From IMG/VR virus record IMGVR_UViG_3300033485_000018, positions 1 through 54,250 of that record: a stretch of DNA of 54,250 bases, one strand, 5' to 3'. A program made the translations under genes and the position numbers. This DNA is from a virus. Its lineage: Duplodnaviria; Caudoviricetes. Positions 19,457 to 26,410 of the stretch are shown piece after piece. Numbering within the stretch: the first letter of the stretch is position 1; each line of letters begins with the position of its first letter. Under the pieces are notes generated by a model. It did not search any database and was not told where the DNA came from. It was given only the letters and a program-made list of their open reading frames with translations.

Positions 19457-20782
19457 ATGTCTTCAGAATCTTCGTTCGCCAAGCTCGTGCAGGTACTTCA
19501 GCGTTATGCGAACGTGCCTCCGGCCGAAGCGCGGGCGCTCGTCGAAGCATTCGACGAGGCGCGCTCGGAAGATGGCCGCACGATCTACGTCGACCCGGTC
19601 AACGGCAACGATAGCCAGGACGGCAGCGCAGCCGCGCCCATCAAGACGTTGCTCGAAGCTACGCGGCGCGTCCCGCTCTCCGCGGCCGCGGGCATGTCCG
19701 TGGAGCTGCTCGCCGGCACCCACACGCTCGCCGATGTCTCCGCCCTCTCCGATCGCACAATCTTTCGCGCCATGAGTGGAGTCACAATCCGCGGCGCCTC
19801 TTCGGTTGCACAGGTGTTGACCGTCGCGAGCAAGGCCGCGAACGTGCTGACGGTTGACGAGACGCTCGTCGCGGACGCTTTGATCGGCAAGTTCATCATG
19901 CCGACGCCCACCACCTATCGGTGGATCATCGACAATGACGAGACCACGATCACGCTTGCGGCCACCACCACCGAGCTCGGCGGCGCGGTGGTGTTGCCGG
20001 CCACGGGCGCGTTGAACGTCTACCAGCTCGATACAACCATCAAGAGCGCCGCGACAAACCCCGGGCTCGTGGCCAATCGGTTCTATTTCGACGGTGCTCC
20101 CATTTTCGAAAAGCTGATCTTTGATGCTAACGGGGGTTTCGCTGGTCCCTCTTCATGGTCTCCGAGCACGTTCGCGACTTTCACGGCGTGCAAGTGGACG
20201 GGTGCCTGGAGCCAAGCCACAAACTGCGCGGGTGATTCCACTTTGGCCGCGTGCATGTTCGACCGTGGTGGTGTGGTCGCAGGCTACGCTCACGGGGTCG
20301 GGATAAATGGCAAATCCCTTGTCACCCAAGATTGCGTTTTCAAGGATTACCAAACCGGAGTGATGGCTTCCCCCGGTTCGGTATTGACCATCGGGGCGAC
20401 GTATGCCGCCTGGGCACTTGCACTTGACCGATACGTCGAATCGGATGGTGCGATCGTGCAAGACTTCTCAACTCGTTGGTGGATCGATGGTGGGCTCTCT
20501 GCTTTCGTCATCGCAGACGGGCGCGGGGCTCAGTACATGAAGGCGAATGTTGCCATCGTCGGCGCGACTGGGCACAAGAGCGCAACCCGCGCTTTCGAGT
20601 CGCGAGAAGGCAGCGCTACCTTCCACCTGTTCGATGCGACGGCGCTGGACCTGACGCTCGCGACGGCGCTTGCGCTCATGGAAGGCGTCGAGGTGCCGCT
20701 CGCCGACTACCTGGCGGGCAACGCGCCCGCTTCCGCCGCGCGCCGCTTCTCCGACGATCTTGGTAACCGCATTTACTTCTAG
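19457..20782 (+). CDS. Tailspike / pectin-lyase-like beta-helix protein (DUF1565-like motif)
   Basis: TIYVDPVNGNDSQDGSAAAPIKTL motif followed by beta-helix-like sequence; AGGAG RBS. Confidence 0.7.
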   Translation: MSSESSFAKLVQVLQRYANVPPAEARALVEAFDEARSEDGRTIYVDPVNGNDSQDGSAAAPIKTLLEATRRVPLSAAAGMSVELLAGTHTLADVSALSDRTIFRAMSGVTIRGASSVAQVLTVASKAANVLTVDETLVADALIGKFIMPTPTTYRWIIDNDETTITLAATTTELGGAVVLPATGALNVYQLDTTIKSAATNPGLVANRFYFDGAPIFEKLIFDANGGFAGPSSWSPSTFATFTACKWTGAWSQATNCAGDSTLAACMFDRGGVVAGYAHGVGINGKSLVTQDCVFKDYQTGVMASPGSVLTIGATYAAWALALDRYVESDGAIVQDFSTRWWIDGGLSAFVIADGRGAQYMKANVAIVGATGHKSATRAFESREGSATFHLFDATALDLTLATALALMEGVEVPLADYLAGNAPASAARRFSDDLGNRIYF

Positions 20783-20792
20783 GAGCTTCCCA

Positions 20793-21224
20793 ATGTACTT
20801 GACTCGGCGATCTCGCAATCTGCTCGTGTTCCTGGTGACGGCCGGTGTCGGCCTCTGCGGTATGGGGCTGGTCTTGCTCGTGCAGTTTTCGAGCGCCCGG
20901 GCCCAGACCTATCCCTACAGTACCCAGCAAGCCGGCAACGCGGGGCGCGATTGCGTGTTCAAAGCGGGGGCCGCGCAAGAGGTCACGGCCACCGCGGCCG
21001 CATCCGATGCGTCGACTCAGCTCATCGCCAACACGCGCTATGTGGTTACCTGCGACCAAGCGGTCTATGCGCGCTGGGGCGCCACCGCGCCGACCGCGGC
21101 CGCGGGCGACCTCAAGATCCCCGCTAGCACGCTCTTTCGCTTCGCGACCAACGACTCGATCCGCTACATGGCCGCGCGGGATGTTGCCGTCGACGGCTCG
21201 TGTTGGCTGCTCGAATGCCAATGA
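20793..21224 (+). CDS. Secreted or membrane-anchored beta-rich protein
   Basis: AGGAG RBS; basic then hydrophobic N-terminus with ARA-QT cleavage-like site; four Cys in the mature part. Confidence 0.55.
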   Translation: MYLTRRSRNLLVFLVTAGVGLCGMGLVLLVQFSSARAQTYPYSTQQAGNAGRDCVFKAGAAQEVTATAAASDASTQLIANTRYVVTCDQAVYARWGATAPTAAAGDLKIPASTLFRFATNDSIRYMAARDVAVDGSCWLLECQ

Positions 21225-21883
21225 ACCGCGACCCCGCCGGCTTCCACGACGCGATTCCTTTTGTCGCCTCGCCGAATCACTCGGAGCGCACGCGCTCTTT
21301 GTGGCTTGGGACTGTGATCCATTTCACAGGCAGCCGCCCGGGCACGCGCGGCGACATCGCTTGGCTCTGCAACCCCGCTTCGAGCGCGTCAGCCCATTTT
21401 GTGATCGGCCGCGACGGCGCCATCACGCAACTCGTATCCCTGGACCGCTGCGCCTGGCACGCGGGCCAGTCGGCGCTGCCTTTGCGTAGCGGCAAGAAAA
21501 TCGCGGGCTGCAACTCGACCTGTCTCGGCATCGAGCTCGACAACCTGGGTCCGGTGCTCGAAGATCCCGACGGGGAGGGTTGGGTGTTCGAAGCCGGCAA
21601 CGCGCTGCTCCCCTACGTCGGCGAACCCCCCGTGCGCGCGACGTTGGAGTGGCCCGGCGGTCCGCAGTTACAGTGCCTTTGGGAGCCCTACCCAGCCGCG
21701 CAGATTGACGCGCTCGAGCACCTGCTCGGGCTGCTCGGCGAAGCAGGCCACCACGCCGCGGCGCAGAACTTGATCGGGCACGAAGAGGTCGCGATCCCGT
21801 TCGGCCGCAAGCGTGACCCCGGGCCGCTGTTCCCGTGGAGCCGCTTCTCGCGGCTCGTGCCGCGCGTTACGCTGGCCTATTAG
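21221..21883 (+). CDS. Endolysin, N-acetylmuramoyl-L-alanine amidase (Amidase_2 / AmpD-like)
   Basis: VIHFT, ASAHFVI, AWHAG, LGIEL and GHEEV..RKRDPG zinc-amidase motifs. Confidence 0.92.
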   Translation: MNRDPAGFHDAIPFVASPNHSERTRSLWLGTVIHFTGSRPGTRGDIAWLCNPASSASAHFVIGRDGAITQLVSLDRCAWHAGQSALPLRSGKKIAGCNSTCLGIELDNLGPVLEDPDGEGWVFEAGNALLPYVGEPPVRATLEWPGGPQLQCLWEPYPAAQIDALEHLLGLLGEAGHHAAAQNLIGHEEVAIPFGRKRDPGPLFPWSRFSRLVPRVTLAY

Positions 21884-22094
21884 CTTCGTCGAGGTACCGG
21901 GCCGCGGCCGCGTCGACCGGCTCGAAGGCCTCGCGAAACTCGGCATCGCTCCACGTCGATACCTCTCCGCTGTGATGAATCACCACCCACTGCTTGCTGT
22001 CGCAGACCATCGCGGCCCCGTTGACCATGACGTGCCCGGCATCATCGGCTTGGGTTGCTAGCACTTCGGACGCGAGCAAGCGGAAGCGGTGCAT
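21867..22094 (-). CDS. Small hypothetical protein, opposite strand within lysis region
   Basis: 75 aa, protein-like (WVVIHHSGEVSTWSDAEFREAFEPV); extended -10 directly upstream. Confidence 0.5.
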   Translation of the reverse strand: MHRFRLLASEVLATQADDAGHVMVNGAAMVCDSKQWVVIHHSGEVSTWSDAEFREAFEPVDAAAARYLDEANRPA

Positions 22095-22099
22095 AAGTC

Positions 22100-22132
22100 A
22101 CACTACCAGCACCCGCCGTGCTCTGCTAGAGT
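22100..22132. promoter_or_regulatory. Back-to-back extended -10 promoters, probably leaderless
   Basis: - strand TGgTAGTGT 5 nt before ATG 22094; + strand TGcTAGAGT 6 nt before ATG 22139; no SD for either. Confidence 0.45.
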
Positions 22133-22138
22133 CGATCC

Positions 22139-22576
22139 ATGACCGAGACCAATACTCGCCCCACGACGGCTCGCCGCGCTTTCGCCGCGCTCGGCAATGA
22201 CCGGCTGCACAAAACCATCAACTGGACTTCGCTGATCGGCGTGATCGGGACCGCGATCTTCGCGTGGCTCGCCGATGGCGGGCGGTTCCAGGCCGACCAA
22301 GCGATGGCGACTGGCGCAGCCAAAGAGCTCGCGGTCCTGTACGCATGGAAAGAGCAGATCGACCCCCTGCTACGCGACCAGGCCGAACAGATCGCACGCC
22401 TGCGCGAAGCGGTCGCCGCGCTCAAGGCGCTTTCCCGCGGCCGCGGGCGGGACGCTCGAGCCATGGTCGAGATGGCCATCGCTGAGCCCTACCAATCCCC
22501 TGATCCCGCGCCCCCGCCGGCCCCTACGCCTGCGCGCGTGGATGCGCTGCGGGATCTGCTCCTCCCCCAGCAATAG
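22139..22576 (+). CDS. TM plus coiled-coil protein (i-spanin-like)
   Basis: One TM helix, coiled coil and Pro-rich tail; near endolysin. Confidence 0.5.
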   Translation: MTETNTRPTTARRAFAALGNDRLHKTINWTSLIGVIGTAIFAWLADGGRFQADQAMATGAAKELAVLYAWKEQIDPLLRDQAEQIARLREAVAALKALSRGRGRDARAMVEMAIAEPYQSPDPAPPPAPTPARVDALRDLLLPQQ

Positions 22577-22650
22577 CGTAAATCGGCTCGTGTAATACGG
22601 CCTAGGTTCGTCGCGCGGGTTTGACGTAGGTTCGCGCCTTCAACACGCGC

Positions 22651-22827
22651 CTAGCGCCGTTTAGGGGCCTCTGGTGGCTCGGGTGGTCTCTGGCGCGTGT
22701 AATACTGCGCTAAGAGTGCTTCCCTGTAGGCCATTAGATAGGCGTCGAGCTCTTTGCGCTGTTCGCGGCTCAGGGCCTGGTCGAGTAGCGCCCGGAGCCG
22801 GTAAGCCTTGGCCCACGCGGGGCTCAT
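22651..22827 (-). CDS. 58-aa hypothetical protein absent from the ORF track
   Basis: MSPAWAKAYRLRALLDQALSREQRKELDAYLMAYREALLAQYYTRQRPPEPPEAPKRR; ATGA overlap with 22824-23123. Confidence 0.55.
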   Translation of the reverse strand: MSPAWAKAYRLRALLDQALSREQRKELDAYLMAYREALLAQYYTRQRPPEPPEAPKRR

Positions 22828-23123
22828 CGGAAGCGCTCCGCGTGCTGGTCAGGCAGCGCCGTCATGGTTTCTTCGGTCCGGCACGGATCGGCATCCAGCG
22901 CGTTACAGCTTGGGCACCAACGTAAGCGCTTCATATCCTCGGCCCAGTATTCACGCTCCGTGACCCGAAACAGATCGAGCACCACGAGCTCGGCGCGCCT
23001 GCGCCGCTCGACTTCGCGGGTGTTGGCGGCCAGAAGCTCCGCGAGGCGCCTGCGCAGCTCGCGCAGCTCCGTCGCCGCGTCAGCGAGCTGCCCCAGTGTA
23101 AGGTCTTCCAAGCTCATCGTCAT
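22824..23123 (-). CDS. Hypothetical coiled-coil protein with small Zn-binding motif
   Basis: CPSC..C..H motif; GAAAGGGG RBS. Confidence 0.6.
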   Translation of the reverse strand: MTMSLEDLTLGQLADAATELRELRRRLAELLAANTREVERRRRAELVVLDLFRVTEREYWAEDMKRLRWCPSCNALDADPCRTEETMTALPDQHAERFR

Positions 23124-23144
23124 TCCCCTTTCGTGTGTAGATCT

Positions 23145-23259
23145 ACCTCGCCTTGCCTCGCCTTACCGTGCCCAGCCTTACCGTGCCCAGCCCCGCCCAG
23201 CCTTGCCGTGCCCGACCAAGCCTTGCCTTGCCATGCCCCGCATCGCTTTGCCACGCCGA
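23145..23259 (-). ncRNA. GGY-NN pentamer array, putative guide RNA (VIPR-like)
   Basis: 23 phased 5-nt units, 21 with GGC/GGT, variable dinucleotide between; starts right after the Cas7-like stop codon. Confidence 0.75.
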
Positions 23260-23261
23260 GA

Positions 23262-23843
23262 TCAAGTCTCTGCGGTCAGTTCTTTGAAGCTCGTGACCCT
23301 GAACGTTCCGAACGGGCCACGCTTCTCGGGGCGAAAATCCCCGATCCCAATCTGCTGCCCGCCCTCAGTGAGCAACTGTTGCACGATGTCGACGGGGAGG
23401 AGCAGCTCGTTCACCACGAGCGTGAACCGCGCAGCCCATTGGTCAAGGCGCGGTCGGTAGCGCATGACCTTTCCCTTGGTCGCTGGGATCGTGACCGGGC
23501 GGGCGTCGACTTCGAACGTCGTGGCGCGCTCCGTGTCGGTCGCGAAGAGCGGGATCGCGTCTTCGGTCACGCGCACCGCGGCCGGGACGATGAAGCGCAG
23601 GCTCTTCCGCGAGCCGCGTTGCTTATGCGCGCTGCCCGCGTTGCAGAGCAGCGTCGAGATCGCAGCCCCTGGGTGGTACAGCTCCCCCGATTTCTCGCGG
23701 TAGGCCACGAGCTCGGCCTCATCCCGCGGCACCTTCGCTGCGATCTGCACGCGGCGGGTGCTCTGTTCCGCTTGCGCCGCTTCTCCAAAGCGATGTTGCA
23801 GAAGCGGTGTCGTGCCCGTAATCTCAACTTCGATGGTTTTCAT
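23262..23843 (-). CDS. Stand-alone Cas7/RAMP-like protein (Vipr-like)
   Basis: 193 aa; N-terminal EITGTTPLLQH strand, LYHPGAAI, RYRPRLDQW and Gly-rich GIGDFRPEKRGPFGTF loop; ATGA overlap and AAAGGGG RBS place the start at 23843. Confidence 0.8.
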   Translation of the reverse strand: MKTIEVEITGTTPLLQHRFGEAAQAEQSTRRVQIAAKVPRDEAELVAYREKSGELYHPGAAISTLLCNAGSAHKQRGSRKSLRFIVPAAVRVTEDAIPLFATDTERATTFEVDARPVTIPATKGKVMRYRPRLDQWAARFTLVVNELLLPVDIVQQLLTEGGQQIGIGDFRPEKRGPFGTFRVTSFKELTAET

Positions 23844-24487
23844 AGGAGAACCCCTTTGCGGCTCGTGCGAACGGCCGCGGTTGCAAAAGCGCGCCACCCA
23901 GGGATCCCCGGATCTGCGCCATGGGCCGCCGTCACTTTCTCGAGCTTGGTGACGTCGGGCATCAGGTATTCGCGGGGGATCGCGGCCGCGTCCAACACCT
24001 CCCCCGTCCAAACGATCTTGGATGACGCGCCCGTAGTCGCCGGCACGAATGCGGCGGCCTGCTCGTAGGTCTGCTCGGCCGCGGCCGCGTTGCCGTTCCG
24101 CGCCGCTTCCACAGATGCCGTGAGCAACGCGGCGCGCGCTTGCGCCTGCGCCACGTCCCACGCACCGATCTTGCTCTTGAGTAGCGCTTCGGCTTGCTTC
24201 AGCGCTCGCAGGCCGGGCCGAAAAGTCGCATCGATGTCGGCCGCGACCTTCTTGAGGGGTGCGACCCATGATAGCCGCTTGGCATCCGCGGTGTCGTGGT
24301 TCGCCGCGATCTCCGCCATTGCGTTCGAAGCGAATACTCGATCGGCTTCTTTCGAAATCACGAGACTCTCGCAGAACGCGACCACCTCCCCGCCCTCACG
24401 GGCGAGCTTCGCCGTGAAAGCGTCAACCTCTGGCATCACCACGGCGACCCCCGTCTCGGGTGCGCTTGCTGCTTTCTTCCTAGCCAT
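23840..24487 (-). CDS. Gam/Gp157-like coiled-coil protein
   Basis: Long helical body with C-terminal IPREYLMPD..KL..IPG motif; AAGGGAG RBS. Confidence 0.5.
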   Translation of the reverse strand: MARKKAASAPETGVAVVMPEVDAFTAKLAREGGEVVAFCESLVISKEADRVFASNAMAEIAANHDTADAKRLSWVAPLKKVAADIDATFRPGLRALKQAEALLKSKIGAWDVAQAQARAALLTASVEAARNGNAAAAEQTYEQAAAFVPATTGASSKIVWTGEVLDAAAIPREYLMPDVTKLEKVTAAHGADPGIPGWRAFATAAVRTSRKGVLL

Positions 24488-24989
24488 GTTTCTCTCCCTT
24501 GGTTTTCGCGAGAAGCGCCTGCGCTTCCGCGATTGCTGTGTTGAGCACCGACTCGGCCTGCGCCAGCGCGGCGAGCTTTTCGTCGTATGCGGCGCGTTCC
24601 GCGATGGGTAGCGGAAGCGGTGTGCAAGCGCGGCCGACTGAGCGGCTATGCTTCATGCAAGTCCCACCAGCACGCCGCAGACAGAAATCGTCTGACAGCT
24701 TCCCGCACTTCGGACACCAGATCGTATGAAGGTTGCCCATGGTGCAGGTGATTGCGAGATAGGGTGTCGCGTACCCGTTTCGCATCTCGATCCACCGTAG
24801 TTCTGCGATTTCGTGGCTTCCGCAATCGCTGCAAGCGGCTGGATCGGTGTGTATGGGCGCCAGCAAGCGGCGCAACCGTTCTGCGGATTGCTCGATCTCC
24901 GTCGTATGCTCCCCCGCTTCTGCGACGCCTTGCTGTTCAAGGTTTGCGAGCAGATTCTCCGCCGCGCAGATCAAGTCTTGCTTCGTCAT
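24480..24989 (-). CDS. Hypothetical protein with Zn ribbon
   Basis: CSDCGS and WCPKC motifs; AAGGA RBS before MTKQDL. Confidence 0.55.
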   Translation of the reverse strand: MTKQDLICAAENLLANLEQQGVAEAGEHTTEIEQSAERLRRLLAPIHTDPAACSDCGSHEIAELRWIEMRNGYATPYLAITCTMGNLHTIWCPKCGKLSDDFCLRRAGGTCMKHSRSVGRACTPLPLPIAERAAYDEKLAALAQAESVLNTAIAEAQALLAKTKGEKHG

Positions 24990-24990
24990 G

Positions 24991-25263
24991 TCACGATCCT
25001 TTCTTCGTCGGGCGCGGCTTGCAGGCTGGTCCGACAGAAATCCCGTGCAGGCTACAATACCCGTCGGGGTGGCGCAGGCAGACGGTCGAGAAGTGCTGTT
25101 CGCACAGCGGACACCAAACGCTATCCCCGTTTGGACCTTCTCCGGTTTCGCGGCCGCTGTTAAGCGCCACCCATTGCAGCGCCTCGACCTCGGGGTTGCC
25201 ACATTGCGAGCAGATATAGGTCGCTTGTGGTTTCGCGGCGCGGATCACGTTTTGATTCTGCAT
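24991..25263 (-). CDS. Small Zn-finger protein
   Basis: CSQCG..WCPLC and C..H..C..H..C motifs; GAGGAG RBS. Confidence 0.6.
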   Translation of the reverse strand: MQNQNVIRAAKPQATYICSQCGNPEVEALQWVALNSGRETGEGPNGDSVWCPLCEQHFSTVCLRHPDGYCSLHGISVGPACKPRPTKKGS

Positions 25264-25314
25264 GGTTCGATCCTCTCCTCGGGTTTCCGCGTGGCGTCGT
25301 GCTACGCTTCGGCT

Positions 25315-25371
25315 CCCGCGAAGCGCCCCTGAGGGCGCGTTTCGGCCGTGCCACGGGCCTCATCAGGCGGG
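25315..25371 (-). ncRNA. Hammerhead ribozyme, type I (copy 1, UUC site)
   Basis: cccgc-CUGAUGA-ggcc(cguggcac)ggcc-GAAA-cgcgccc(ucag)gggcgc-UUC-gcggg. Confidence 0.75.
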
Positions 25372-26304
25372 CTAATCTTCGTGAATCACAAAAGCTAGGG
25401 TGTGCTGCCCCCATGGCGCTGCGATCGTGACCTCCACGCCAGTGCAGGGGCGCTCGATGTAGCGCTCGCCACCGTCGCAACCATCGCAGCCTTCCCCTTG
25501 ACACGCTTCGCAGGGTTCGAAGTCGTCCACTCCCAGGCGAGATATGCGGCCGATGCTGGTCGCGCTTTCCGCCAAGCCCAATCGCGCTGCTAGGTCGTGA
25601 AGGGATCGCACGATCTGCACGCACGCCTCGTAGGCGCGTTGACTGGGCACAGGTCGAACGTGCCCAACGCTATAGCCCCGAATGACGAGACTCGCCGCGC
25701 CTACGTTGCGAGCTATTTGCGCGGCAATCCACTCCTCGGCTTCCTCCCATCCTCGAGTGCCGAGCGGGTAACCGTGCTGCACGGCCGCCTTGAGATCATC
25801 GGATCCATGTTCCGCGGCCCACGCCAGCAAGGCCGCTTCGCGCTGCGCGGTTAGCGCGATCGTTTCGGCGCGCTCTCGCTCAAGCTGCGCCGCTTGCTCG
25901 GCTTCGCGCCTCTGGATTTCCGCGTCGACCTGCGCCCGCAGATCATCATCAAGATAACCGCGACACTCCCCGTAGGGTTGCCGCTCGGCACCTGCGAGAT
26001 AGGCTTGTGCGTGCGCGACAGCTTGCGCACGAGCCGCGGCTTCGCGCGCCTGCTCCTCGGCCCGCGCCTGCGCAGCGCGCGCCGCCGCAGCTTGCACCGC
26101 GGCTACTACGTCGGCCGTCGCGGTCGAATCCGCGCAGACTTGCCAGTGCGGCCCGCACAAGTGACCGGCACTATCGACCGAGATCTGCGCCCGCTCTTCG
26201 GGTGTCAGCGCGGCGAGCAAGGCCGCCAGGTCGATGGGCTGGGGGCCCCATTTGGTTTCGCTGCGGATGAAATCTGCCTTCTGATCTACGCAAACTGTCA
26301 CCAT
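25372..26304 (-). CDS. Hypothetical protein, coiled coil with C-terminal CxxCxGxG motifs
   Basis: 310 aa; CEACQGEGCDGCDG; GGAG RBS. Confidence 0.65.
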   Translation of the reverse strand: MVTVCVDQKADFIRSETKWGPQPIDLAALLAALTPEERAQISVDSAGHLCGPHWQVCADSTATADVVAAVQAAAARAAQARAEEQAREAAARAQAVAHAQAYLAGAERQPYGECRGYLDDDLRAQVDAEIQRREAEQAAQLERERAETIALTAQREAALLAWAAEHGSDDLKAAVQHGYPLGTRGWEEAEEWIAAQIARNVGAASLVIRGYSVGHVRPVPSQRAYEACVQIVRSLHDLAARLGLAESATSIGRISRLGVDDFEPCEACQGEGCDGCDGGERYIERPCTGVEVTIAAPWGQHTLAFVIHED

Positions 26305-26357
26305 GATCTACTCCGCGCCCGCACCGAGCGGGCATAACGCTTTGCACCTCCGTGGCG

Positions 26358-26410
26358 CAGCGCTCTGCGGGCCGGCCCAGGGCGGGAGCCCTGAGCCGAC
26401 TGACGGAACC
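26358..26410 (-). repeat. Duplicated intergenic hairpin element, copy A
   Basis: ggttccgtcagtcggctcagggc(tccc)gccctgggccggcccgcagagcgc directly after TAG; similar copy at 27623-27673. Confidence 0.7.

Noticed and set aside
16097-20782. Diversity-generating retroelement acting on fibers
   Set aside because: No reverse transcriptase seen and no template/variable repeat pair differing at adenines; repeats are in-frame tandem duplications.
23145-23259. Canonical CRISPR array or coding low-complexity repeat
   Set aside because: No 25-40-nt repeats with spacers. The + strand ORFs crossing it (22864-23460, 23133-24068) are antisense to real genes and read as repeat translation.
23844-24269. 335-aa version of the Cas7-like ORF
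   Set aside because: The extension overlaps the 23840-24487 gene; RBS and ATGA coupling support the start at 23843.
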